Below are positions 1-9,180 of a DNA stretch of 64,000 nt, piece after piece (the first letter of the stretch is position 1; the number at the start of each line of letters is the position of its first letter). Position numbers and translations under genes: made by a program. This DNA comes from Candidatus Latescibacterota bacterium (GTDB taxonomy: Bacteria; Latescibacterota; UBA2968; SICM01). Location: contig CBDCJO010000001.1 of assembly GCA_965217865.1 (NCBI GenBank), positions 192,001 through 256,000 of the forward strand. Reading direction: 5' to 3'. The notes below the pieces were generated by a model. It did not search any database. It worked only from the letters and a program-made list of their open reading frames with translations, and had not been told where the DNA came from.

Positions 1-483
1 GAAACACGTGAAACCCCTCGCGGTCAATTCCCGTGCTTCATCTACGATGGCCTCCACCTCCGGATACCTGTGGAGGACGGGCATGAAGGGGATCCGGGTT
101 CTGACCATTCCCCCCAGGAGTTTACATAACGGCTCCCCGCACGCCTTGGCCATAGCATCCCAGAGGGCCGATTCGAGTCCGCAAAGGGTCCGGACATTTC
201 CCGTCACGTCGTCCCACCCGATGCGATCCCGGATCCTCTCGATGTCGAACACATCCTCATCCATCACCCTGTTCACGGCTCGGTTCAATGTCTCGAGTTG
301 ACGCTCCGGCTCCCCCACCCGGACGCTTTCTCCGACCCCAACGATCCCCCTGTCGGTCTCCAATTCAACGATGATGGTCACGTAACCTTCGGGTCTTTGG
401 TCGATCTTCGTACCCCCGGGAAAACGCACCGCATCCGAGTAAGGAACCCTGATGATCGTGGACTTGACGTTTGAGACCTTCAT
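1..483 (-). CDS. Mandelate racemase/muconate lactonizing enzyme family protein (enolase superfamily), 3' end outside window
   Basis: Manual translation from ATG at 483: MKVSNVKSTIIRVPY...IVELETDRGIVGVGES...GLESALWDAMAKACGEPLCKLLGG, the typical MR/MLE N-terminal domain. Not in the ORF track because it runs off the edge. Confidence 0.85.
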   Translation of the reverse strand, partial: MKVSNVKSTIIRVPYSDAVRFPGGTKIDQRPEGYVTIIVELETDRGIVGVGESVRVGEPERQLETLNRAVNRVMDEDVFDIERIRDRIGWDDVTGNVRTLCGLESALWDAMAKACGEPLCKLLGGMVRTRIPFMPVLHRYPEVEAIVDEARELTARGFTCF

Positions 484-596
484 GTGAGTTAACCGCCTTT
501 TTATAAGGGATTACACTTTATTGTCATTCGTTTACATTAAACCATCAAAAGAGTCGGAACCGGTGCAACGCGATCGAATTTATTCAATTTGGCTAT

Positions 597-1865
597 TCAT
601 TTTTCTTTTTGCTCTCGAACCGTGATTCTTCCCCAGTAGGAGTAGGAGTAGACTTCCCCGTGGGGATACACGTGAGCGCCGGGGTGGATCCGGATCATAT
701 CCATACCCTTTTTGAGAGGATTGAGCGCCCTCTCGAAGTCCCCTCCTTTTTCCCTTCGGAGTTCGTCATCGATCCATAAACGCCAGGTGCCTTTGGAATT
801 GTCCCAGGCCATTCTGACTTTGTAAACTCGCCCGTTCTCCGCTTGAAGGGGGGGGTCGAAGCTATCGTAGTAGTACATACCGCCGGGGGGGATAAGCCCG
901 GACTCAACCGCAGCGCTTATCTCCTCCCAGGAATCTTTTCGCTCCCCCGAGGAACACCACAACCCGTTGTATATCATAACGCTTATAGAGCCACCCCCTT
1001 CCCCTGGCCGCTGCCCCTCCTCATTCACCCCAAAGGCGATCTCCTGGCGTACGTCCGTGGTCATCATCTCAAACGTGACCGAGCCTTTTAGGACCGACGA
1101 GGGCATCCTGCACACCACATCTCCGTACTTCGTGCAGACCTCCAACCATCGATGGTCTTTCATGCTCAATTTGCTGTCGTGCCACTTTTCCTGGGGGTAA
1201 TACTTCTTCACCGCCCAGTCGTTCCAAAAATGTGGAAAATTTTCGTAATCTACCTGTTTCCCCCTGGTGGTCTGCGCATAGTGATCCAACCAGATCACGG
1301 TGCCCGGTTCCACCGTCTCCGTCTGAAGTTCCAGCTTGTCGATGGATGAAACCCCCTTCACGAGGGGGACTTCGAAGGCCTTTCCATCGAGTTTGAAGGC
1401 GAAACTTCCTTTCTGAAAATCGAAACCCCCGAATTCATACTTGTGAAGCGTGGATCTGATGGCATACAATCGCCGGTTGGACTGCCACCAGGTGGGGCCG
1501 ATCGAGTTGTCCGCCCATTCCCTTTCCCCCGTCCACTGAAAAGTCAACATCGCCCCGGAGTCCACAAAATCCCGTCCGTCGCTGAAGGCCATGAGGCCTT
1601 CCCTGTCGATCCTTAAATCCGCGGCCGGCCGATCGTCCTCCCCGTAAAGGACGACGTGGTAAACCCTACCACAGGTGACTTGCATCGAAAGTTCTACCGT
1701 GGAATCCCCCCCGGTGATCCTCTCGCCGAGAAGACGGTTACACTGTACCCGCCCCTGTGATCCGTCCATCGTGAAAAATTGGTCATCACCGATGGTGTAT
1801 TTCCCGCTTCCCAGCGGGTCGTGCCAATGCCACGCCTGATCGAATAAGATCTCTTCTTCGGACAC
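597..1865 (-). CDS. Hypothetical protein, beta-rich (possible lectin/LamG-like modules)
   Basis: Long ORF; probable GTG start at 1865 after AAGGAG. Trp/Tyr-rich strands such as YKVRMAWDNSKGTWRLWIDD. Confidence 0.6.
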   Translation of the reverse strand: MSEEEILFDQAWHWHDPLGSGKYTIGDDQFFTMDGSQGRVQCNRLLGERITGGDSTVELSMQVTCGRVYHVVLYGEDDRPAADLRIDREGLMAFSDGRDFVDSGAMLTFQWTGEREWADNSIGPTWWQSNRRLYAIRSTLHKYEFGGFDFQKGSFAFKLDGKAFEVPLVKGVSSIDKLELQTETVEPGTVIWLDHYAQTTRGKQVDYENFPHFWNDWAVKKYYPQEKWHDSKLSMKDHRWLEVCTKYGDVVCRMPSSVLKGSVTFEMMTTDVRQEIAFGVNEEGQRPGEGGGSISVMIYNGLWCSSGERKDSWEEISAAVESGLIPPGGMYYYDSFDPPLQAENGRVYKVRMAWDNSKGTWRLWIDDELRREKGGDFERALNPLKKGMDMIRIHPGAHVYPHGEVYSYSYWGRITVREQKEK

Positions 1866-1882
1866 GCATTCTCCTTTGACTT

Positions 1883-2572
1883 TTACTGTTCTTGGCCGGG
1901 GGTTGTCGACCCCCGTCTTGCCCAAACGATAAACATGGGATCCATCGATCGGTCGGGCGTCGTGTTGCGCTTGACCACTTTCGGGGGATGGAACATTTCA
2001 GAGAGCTCAAAATATCTTTTCACGATTGCGATATGGCTGTCGTTGTCAGATTCCCGCCACATCCGAACCGCTTTTTCCCAGAAGCAACGGTCCGAAAACG
2101 CAACACAGAAAGGGCTCTCGGGTTTCAACAACCGGGCGACCTCACGAAAGACATCCAGGGGATGGGTCAGATACTGCACCGAGACGCTCATCACGGCGGC
2201 ATCGAATGAGCGCGGGGGGAACTTTGTCCGGGGATCCCGGTTGATATCCCGCACGACGAAATCGCTAAGGATCGGATTGTCCCCCATTTCCTCGGCATTT
2301 AATCCCACCCCTACGACCTCCCCCTTAAACGAGCCGGGCAGGTGAGACCTCCAGTTGCTCATCAGGTCCAGGGTTTTCCCGTCCTCCGGCAAAACCTCCG
2401 AATAGAAGGATCGAAGCGCCTCCACGGCGCCTTCGTCAATATGGACAAGCTTGCGTGCCTCCGAGTAAAAAACCGGGTCATCGGATTCATTGAGCCGCTC
2501 ATAAGCCCCCAGCTGAAACGGATCGTTTTTCAAATACCGTCTCCTGGACAGATCACGTTCAACGCCCTGCAA
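1883..2572 (-). CDS. Class I SAM-dependent methyltransferase (type 11-like)
   Basis: ESDDPVFY..RKLVHIDEGA, LDLMSNWRSHLP, VGVGLNAEEM, SFDAAVMSVSVQYL, FSDRCF motifs. Confidence 0.85.
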   Translation of the reverse strand: MQGVERDLSRRRYLKNDPFQLGAYERLNESDDPVFYSEARKLVHIDEGAVEALRSFYSEVLPEDGKTLDLMSNWRSHLPGSFKGEVVGVGLNAEEMGDNPILSDFVVRDINRDPRTKFPPRSFDAAVMSVSVQYLTHPLDVFREVARLLKPESPFCVAFSDRCFWEKAVRMWRESDNDSHIAIVKRYFELSEMFHPPKVVKRNTTPDRSMDPMFIVWARRGSTTPGQEQ

Positions 2573-3426
2573 ACCACCGTAATAGTCGCAGGGGTTTTAC
2601 AGAGGGGTTCCCCATCGCCGAAGATCCACATCGGTGTGGAAGATTCGATCCTCAATCGTTCCGTCCGAAGGATTTCCACGGATGCGGAATTCACGTGGGA
2701 TCCGAAGAACACCAGCGGAAACAGAAGCAGCACGCGCCATCGGGGCATGTGATGCACGATGCAGATGTCCAGGACGCCGTCATCGCAGACAGCGGAAGGC
2801 ACAATCCGCATCCCCCCGCCATACGTCGAAGTATTCCCGGCTGCAGACAGAAACACTCGCCCCGTCACAGTCCCGAAGTCCCCGGTCAACCGCATTTCGG
2901 GGCTCCGATAGGTCAAAAGCGTCTTGAGCGTCCCCAAAATATATGCCGCGGTCCCGCCCAAGGGCTTCCCGTTCTCGTGGATTGAAAGGGCGACTTCCGC
3001 GTCGAATCCGACCATCGCAACCGTGCAGAAATACCGATCCCCCACCCGGCCCAAATCGATCCGGCGCACCTGCCCTTCAACAAGGAGATCCGCCGCGTGA
3101 GCGGCCCCTTTCGGAAGGTTCAGGACGCGGGCGAGATCGTTTCCGGTCCCGCAGGGCACGATCCCCACGACGGTGTTCAACCCCGCCGCAGCCGACACCA
3201 CTTCGTGCACCGTTCCATCTCCCCCGCAGGCCACAAGCCGTTGGACGCCATCCTTTACGGCCTCCGCAGCGATGACGCGTCCGTGTCCCCTTTCTTCCGT
3301 GAACGTCAACCGGACGGAAATCCCCTTCTCCGCTAACCTTCTACGGACCTCCTCACCCACCGACCTTCCCCGTCCCCTTCCTGAGACCGGATTGGCGACT
3401 ATGAGATATTCTGGGATCGACATCAA
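2530..3426 (-). CDS. Diacylglycerol/lipid kinase, YegS/BmrU family
   Basis: NPVSG, GGDGT, GTGNDLAR, YGGG and DGE motifs. Confidence 0.92.
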   Translation of the reverse strand: MMSIPEYLIVANPVSGRGRGRSVGEEVRRRLAEKGISVRLTFTEERGHGRVIAAEAVKDGVQRLVACGGDGTVHEVVSAAAGLNTVVGIVPCGTGNDLARVLNLPKGAAHAADLLVEGQVRRIDLGRVGDRYFCTVAMVGFDAEVALSIHENGKPLGGTAAYILGTLKTLLTYRSPEMRLTGDFGTVTGRVFLSAAGNTSTYGGGMRIVPSAVCDDGVLDICIVHHMPRWRVLLLFPLVFFGSHVNSASVEILRTERLRIESSTPMWIFGDGEPLCKTPATITVVCRALNVICPGDGI

Positions 3427-3601
3427 AACACAGGTCCGGATACCGGAAATGGAAAACCGCGAGCGTCGGGTGTTCGGAGTCGAAAGTGGGAGTCCGAGGT
3501 CCAGGAGTCGAAGTTCAAAACCGGTATGACCTCATTGGATTTTCTTCTGGACACGGACTCCTGAATGCTGACTTCCGGCGTGGGCGGGAGCGAGGAACTT
3601 T

Positions 3602-5149
3602 TTACCCGACTTTCACGTACAGAAAGGGCGGAATGCTCAACCCGACGACGTCATCCCCGGAATTGATTTCCCTGGCAAGACCCAGCGCATGGTTTATGCT
3701 GGGTGCCCAATCAACTCCGAGTTTTTTGGCGGTCTTATCGTCCCTGGGACCGACGAGGATGACCTTTGAGAGATATTTCAGAGGATAGGTTGCCCAGTAC
3801 CAGACGGTAAACGGGTGGAAGCCGTGGTGTGCGTATTTGTTCCGGTAACAGTCTATGAGATAGGGGTCAAGTGCGAATTTCTCCTGGAACTTTTGCTGCA
3901 TTTCGAAAGGTTCCGTGGTCTCGGCTAAGACCTCTTCATAAAATTTCTTATACGCAACGTGATATTCTTCGTGAAAGATCTCAAAGGTGGGGTTGACGAT
4001 GATAATCACCCCCCCTTTTTTTACGATCGGTCTATTATAAAACCAGTTGAAAACATAACCCAGTACATCGCTGACCACCAGAACGGGGTTGATGCGCGCC
4101 CCCACCGAGTAAGGGCTCAGGTCCGGAAGCCCGAAAACAAGGGTGCCGAATTGTCTGGGCACGGGAACGGTCAACTGAGCGTTCACGGCGTTCAGGGTCT
4201 TTGCGTGGACATCATCGATGGCCCCGGCGTTGATCTCGATCGGATCGTAGGACGTGCGGATGCCTTTGAAAATTTGGAATCGGAGGGGTTCTGGAAGCAC
4301 CGCCATGCTCGCAGGGGTGAAGAACTTCAGAACGCGCTCAATGGGGTTACATCGGTCGTTCGGTTTGCTGATGTATCTCAGGTAGAACGGGTAAGTCGCG
4401 CTGTTCATCGGGGCTTCCAATACCATAATCCTACAATGTTTCTGAAGGAACCTGCTCATCCTTTCGATGGAAGCGTGCATGCACGAATTTTCCGGCTGCA
4501 TCACGTGAGGGTTCTCCGATGTCATCTGGGGAGAATGGTGAGGCGCAATCGAACGGTAGGTTCCCAAACCCACCGCGACCGATTTATGGCCCCCGTTCAG
4601 AGGTATCTGAACCGTATCGACATAGATGACCAGATCGCTTTCGACCACCGACCGGTCTACCTCCACGGCTTCCCCCGCTTCGGTCTCTCCGAGGAAAGTG
4701 ATATGATCGGGATCTTCCGCATCGAAATTTCGCAATTGTTCCGGATAAAACGCCTGCATGAGTCTTTTACCCAACATGGCGGCCAACTCGTGTCTTTTCA
4801 TTTTTCGGTGAAGCGCGACCGCACAGATCAGTCGGATATTTTCCTTCTGAACCCCGTAGGAGAACAATTTTGAGATCAGGGTTTCGATGACGATCTGCCG
4901 GATATCCGGTTTTTTTGTCGCGGGGAAGGGCTGGCAATTATCGTCGAAAGCGATGGTGATTCTGGATTGGCCGTTGACGATTTTACTTAAGGGGGGCATC
5001 CCGCAGGGATTTTCAATAGCCTCCTGGACCGACTTCGGAATATCCGGTCTTTTTATTCCAGGAACGTGTGGAGGGGAATAATAGATTTCAGAATTGTCAG
5101 GCAGGTTTGCATTAATCAGATTGTTGCCCGAGTATGTCAGATATTTCAT
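3602..5149 (-). CDS. LarA/DUF2088 (lactate racemase-like, nickel-pincer family) protein
   Basis: EAIENPCGMPPL, IAFDD, AVALHRKM, GGHKS...HH with LarA-like Lys-x15-His spacing. Confidence 0.8.
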   Translation of the reverse strand: MKYLTYSGNNLINANLPDNSEIYYSPPHVPGIKRPDIPKSVQEAIENPCGMPPLSKIVNGQSRITIAFDDNCQPFPATKKPDIRQIVIETLISKLFSYGVQKENIRLICAVALHRKMKRHELAAMLGKRLMQAFYPEQLRNFDAEDPDHITFLGETEAGEAVEVDRSVVESDLVIYVDTVQIPLNGGHKSVAVGLGTYRSIAPHHSPQMTSENPHVMQPENSCMHASIERMSRFLQKHCRIMVLEAPMNSATYPFYLRYISKPNDRCNPIERVLKFFTPASMAVLPEPLRFQIFKGIRTSYDPIEINAGAIDDVHAKTLNAVNAQLTVPVPRQFGTLVFGLPDLSPYSVGARINPVLVVSDVLGYVFNWFYNRPIVKKGGVIIIVNPTFEIFHEEYHVAYKKFYEEVLAETTEPFEMQQKFQEKFALDPYLIDCYRNKYAHHGFHPFTVWYWATYPLKYLSKVILVGPRDDKTAKKLGVDWAPSINHALGLAREINSGDDVVGLSIPPFLYVKVG

Positions 5150-5203
5150 AAGGCCCCGCCCCGGTTATGAACCCGGAAGATCCGTGTCAGACTCGTCCTC
5201 CCC

Positions 5204-6397
5204 CTACCCTTCGCGTAAATCAAAAGCCGTTTTTATCGAGCCGTTGCGTCCGGTATGCATGGCCACCTCTAAGGCCTCCCGGTAATCCCGAAGGGGAAAC
5301 TTGTGGGTCACGAGCGATGTAAGCCCGTCCTTGAGCCCCTCCATGAGTCGAAGCGCCAGCTGGAAGGTGCGAATCGTCTCGCCGTCCCAGCATTCTGTAC
5401 CGTACGTGTAAGATCCGACGACCTGCAGCTCCTTATACCAGATCGAGGTCCAATCCACACCGGAGGGAATCGCAGGCATGCCCACCAGTATGGTCTTCCC
5501 CCTTGCTCGCGTAAAGCGAAGGGCGTCATCGATCGTCCGGGCGTTCCCGACGCAGTCAAAAACGACATCCGCCCCTCCCACCAGGACCGACTTCCCGAGC
5601 TCCGGCCGAAGTTGTTCCGCCCCCGTAGCTTCACATACGGACTCGTAGAGGTTCCTCCCATCCTGGATGATTTCGTTCGCTCCCAGTCCGAGGGCGGATT
5701 CTTGCTGGTGGGAGTATCGGGCAACCGCGATGATCCTGCTTTCGCTCCCGAGCGCCCTCAGGGCTGCAACGGTCAACAACCCGATGCTTCCACACCCGAT
5801 AATCAGAACAGTGGCTCCTTTTTCAGTCATACCGCGAAGGGCCCCGTGGACTGCACACGCAAAGGGTTCGATCAACACGGCCTCTTCGTCGGTCATGTCA
5901 TCCGGTACAGGATGAACCTGAAAAGGATGTGCAACAAGTGACCGACTCCAGCCGCCTCCCGTATCTCTGCAGAATCCTGTCTGAATGCCGGATGAGATGA
6001 TGCCTTTCGTTGTCTTTTCACAGTTTCCATAATCCCCGGCGGTACACCGGCGGCAGTGGTCAACCCCCCTGACCACGCAGGGTAACGCGGGTTCGAGAAC
6101 CACACGCCGCCCTTCTTCCGTCTCTCCCACCATCTCGTGACCGAGTACGAACGGGGTGGAGACAAAAGGCGAAAAATAGGGACTGCCGTTCGCCGAGACC
6201 GTCGCAAGGTCCGATCCGCAGATCCCGCTCAGTCTCGGTTTGATCCGGATCCACTCAGGGGACGGAAGCTTCGGTTCCTCGATCTCGGATAGTCGGATGC
6301 AGGAATAAACTCCGGTGCTCAACCCGGTCCAATACCCCCCCAACAATCTTACCTTCAGATAGCGCGGGATGCTCTTGATGTACTGGATGGCCTCCAT
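5204..6397 (-). CDS. Zinc-binding (MDR) alcohol dehydrogenase
   Basis: GICGSD, GHE, structural-Zn Cys cluster, GCGSIG Rossmann motif. Confidence 0.92.
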   Translation of the reverse strand: MEAIQYIKSIPRYLKVRLLGGYWTGLSTGVYSCIRLSEIEEPKLPSPEWIRIKPRLSGICGSDLATVSANGSPYFSPFVSTPFVLGHEMVGETEEGRRVVLEPALPCVVRGVDHCRRCTAGDYGNCEKTTKGIISSGIQTGFCRDTGGGWSRSLVAHPFQVHPVPDDMTDEEAVLIEPFACAVHGALRGMTEKGATVLIIGCGSIGLLTVAALRALGSESRIIAVARYSHQQESALGLGANEIIQDGRNLYESVCEATGAEQLRPELGKSVLVGGADVVFDCVGNARTIDDALRFTRARGKTILVGMPAIPSGVDWTSIWYKELQVVGSYTYGTECWDGETIRTFQLALRLMEGLKDGLTSLVTHKFPLRDYREALEVAMHTGRNGSIKTAFDLREG

Positions 6398-6453
6398 CTC
6401 TCAAGATAGCCTCAATATATAACGGGACAGGGTATTCGATTTCGACCTTGAAT

Positions 6454-7161
6454 TTAAACCTTCCGGCTCACGCTCCATTCAGCCACCTCCCACCCGCCTT
6501 CTTCTGCTGCCCTCCGAAGCCTCCCTTTCGGATTTACCGCCACCGGATGTCCAACACAGCGGAGCATCGGCATGTCCGCGCCGCTGTCGCCGTATGCGAA
6601 GCTTTCCGCAAGGTCGATCTGTTGGGCTTCAGCGAACTCCCGCACAAGCCGGGCTTTTTCCTCGTCTCCGACCGGAGGACCGGTCAACCTTCCGGACAAA
6701 ATTCCGTTCTCCTCAGACATCCGTACGGAGATCACATCGCCCACATCGAGCAGCCGGGCAAGAGGGGCCACGATGAAGTCCAGGGAACCCGTGATGAGCA
6801 CCACCCGCTCCCCGTTATCCTGATGTCGCTTGACTCGTGCAACCGCTTCGGAGTACAATCTCGGCCTGATTTCACGCTCAAATAGCCCACCGGTCTGTTC
6901 GCGAAGTCGTGAGCCCGGCATCCCCCGATAGCTTCGATAAAAGACCCGGTTGAATGCGCTTCTGCTGATTTTGTCGATAAGGATGAAGGAGATGATTTGA
7001 GGAATGAACCCCGTCCAGAAGAAAATTTTTTGAAGTCTGGATCGGTCATGGGTCGCGAAATAGGCGTAGTAATGAACGATCGTAGCCCGGACAATGGTCC
7101 CGTCGACGTCGAAAAAAGCAGCCCTGGACCCGATCGAATCCATCTGTCCCGCAGACCCCAT
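6454..7161 (-). CDS. HAD-IB family (phosphoserine phosphatase-like) hydrolase
   Basis: FFDVDGT, ITGS, conserved Lys, AYGDSGADMPML, AVNP. Confidence 0.92.
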   Translation of the reverse strand: MGSAGQMDSIGSRAAFFDVDGTIVRATIVHYYAYFATHDRSRLQKIFFWTGFIPQIISFILIDKISRSAFNRVFYRSYRGMPGSRLREQTGGLFEREIRPRLYSEAVARVKRHQDNGERVVLITGSLDFIVAPLARLLDVGDVISVRMSEENGILSGRLTGPPVGDEEKARLVREFAEAQQIDLAESFAYGDSGADMPMLRCVGHPVAVNPKGRLRRAAEEGGWEVAEWSVSRKV

Positions 7162-7173
7162 AGGTGAAAATAC

Positions 7174-9168
7174 TCACGGCCCCGATGGTTCGGGGTTCAA
7201 AAGGCTTGTGATATGAACAGCCTGGAAAAGGGACGCTGACTCCACCTGAGTACGGAGCGATCTCCGCCGTGGCAGCAGGGTCGTCTCTCCGGGCATCGGA
7301 GGAGATATCACAACCTCGACCAATCCGGGATTGATGTGGAGGTTTCCCTTCGGGCACTTGGGCCAAAGGGAATGGATGCCACGGAAGGCGAGTGGAATGA
7401 TGACAACGTCATGGGGAAGCAGTGCGAACAGGGCGTGTTGGAGGGGGGGAGATTGGAGGCCAAAGGCAGCGATGGTCCCCGCAGGATAAGTCAGCCCGGG
7501 TCTTTCCCCCAGGGCCTGAACCAGGCGCTGAGTCGTAGGGATGGCATCCCGGGATCGCTCGAGCGTTACATATCCGTCCACATCTGCGAGCAATCCGTCG
7601 AATCTCTCCGCGGACATCCCGAACATGGTCATCGACCAGGAGCCGATCTTCACACCGGCATTGGCCAGCCCTGTGCGAGCCAGGATCACGAATGGAACCG
7701 GTCGTTTCCACCCCATCGCCCCCAAAAATTCTGGACTCCCCAGAACGTGGTACATAACGGGATGGTCCAGGTAACTCTGATGCGTGGGCAGCATGAGAAT
7801 CTTCTTCTTTCCGCTTCCAAGCTCAAGCCCTTGCGCGATCGGAAGGAACTTGGGATCGATCTGGATCTTTACCTGAATGCCGAAGGTGCGAAGCGTGGCT
7901 TCCGCCCAGTCCAGGCAATACTGCCAGGCGAGTTCACTCCTTTCGGCTGAATCCAGATCGGCCTTGGTTAAATTTATTTTTCGCCGCCCCAACCTGAAGG
8001 AGGCAATCACCCAGCGTCCCAATCTCAACCCTCGGGACCAATTGGACAATACGGAACTTCGGCCGACGTGAGGATACTCGAGGAAATGACCGCTGACTTG
8101 ATCCGAAAGCAGAGGGGGTACGGACACCGGATGAAGCCCTTCAACACCCGCGCGGACTGAATCTTTAACCCGAAGAATATCCCGATTGACACGTGCGACC
8201 AGGCGTATAGCTGTGTCGGTCATATCCCGTGTCAGATAACTGTAGTGATGCCCGTACCAGTATCCGGCCGGTTTCAATTGAGCTGGATTTTCCCGGTGCG
8301 CCCCCAAAAATTCGACCATCATGCTCTGGGCACGATTGATCTCCCCCTTGAGTGACTCGGCGGCCGACCGACCCAACCCCAGATCGCCGAATTCGTAAAG
8401 CTGGTAGCGAAGCAGATCCGCTTCTGTTATGACCTTCCACACGGAACTCCCGAACCAGGCGAAATTGGTATAGGCGTTGTAGCGTGTGGTCAGAAATTCA
8501 CCGGCGGCGATATAATCCAGGGTGCTCTTGACGACCTTTCGAAGCGAGTCCAGCAGAGGAGCCTCGGTCGTATGTCCCCCAAACGTGCATGCGTAGTTGC
8601 CCCCCCATCTCGGGTCGTCGCAGACCGCAACAGCGGGCAACGCCTCGGCGACGCCCTGAGCGTGGGACATCGGAACCCGCGAAATTTTTGCCCGCTCAAG
8701 CGCAGCCTCTCCCGCGTCGGGAACCAGGAGATCCTCCTTCGCCAACACATCCACGTAGAGGCTCTGGTAAAGTTGAAGCAAGTCCTCCTCGGTTCCGATC
8801 CCCCTATCGACGAATTGCTTCTGAACCTGAATATAGATAAGGTTTGCCTCGTGATAAGCCGGACAGGCGCTTTGGAACTGTGCGTGGGATTCGGACAGCC
8901 GTTTCTCCCTCAAGGCGGGTACACGATCGAAGATGGTCCGGATGAGCTTGGCCCTTTTCAAGAGACCCGGAAGGCCGATCGAACCCTGCTCATTCCGGCT
9001 CGGGGGCCAGATGAGTTCGTCGGGATCCCAACCTTCAAGGTGCCCGTCGGAACGCGCGATTTCGACCATCTCCTGCGCGGCCTGGTCGTAGATGTTCAAC
9101 ATTCCATCCGGGTCCTTCAGCAACTCTTCATAAAGAGGGTTGGGACCTATCTCAAACTTTTTCTCCAT
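7174..9168 (-). CDS. Large protein with C-terminal PlsC-type acyltransferase domain and unknown ~400-aa N-terminal domain
   Basis: PTHQSYLD (HX4D), YPAGT (block III), VIIPLAFRG in the C-terminal third. Confidence 0.75.
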   Translation of the reverse strand: MEKKFEIGPNPLYEELLKDPDGMLNIYDQAAQEMVEIARSDGHLEGWDPDELIWPPSRNEQGSIGLPGLLKRAKLIRTIFDRVPALREKRLSESHAQFQSACPAYHEANLIYIQVQKQFVDRGIGTEEDLLQLYQSLYVDVLAKEDLLVPDAGEAALERAKISRVPMSHAQGVAEALPAVAVCDDPRWGGNYACTFGGHTTEAPLLDSLRKVVKSTLDYIAAGEFLTTRYNAYTNFAWFGSSVWKVITEADLLRYQLYEFGDLGLGRSAAESLKGEINRAQSMMVEFLGAHRENPAQLKPAGYWYGHHYSYLTRDMTDTAIRLVARVNRDILRVKDSVRAGVEGLHPVSVPPLLSDQVSGHFLEYPHVGRSSVLSNWSRGLRLGRWVIASFRLGRRKINLTKADLDSAERSELAWQYCLDWAEATLRTFGIQVKIQIDPKFLPIAQGLELGSGKKKILMLPTHQSYLDHPVMYHVLGSPEFLGAMGWKRPVPFVILARTGLANAGVKIGSWSMTMFGMSAERFDGLLADVDGYVTLERSRDAIPTTQRLVQALGERPGLTYPAGTIAAFGLQSPPLQHALFALLPHDVVIIPLAFRGIHSLWPKCPKGNLHINPGLVEVVISPPMPGETTLLPRRRSLRTQVESASLFQAVHITSLLNPEPSGP

Positions 9169-9180
9169 ACATCCTTTTCC

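Noticed and set aside
3470-3525. Degenerate GGAGTC(G/C) short repeats between the LarA-like and kinase genes
   Set aside because: Only three or four degenerate units; low-complexity spacer with no supportable function.
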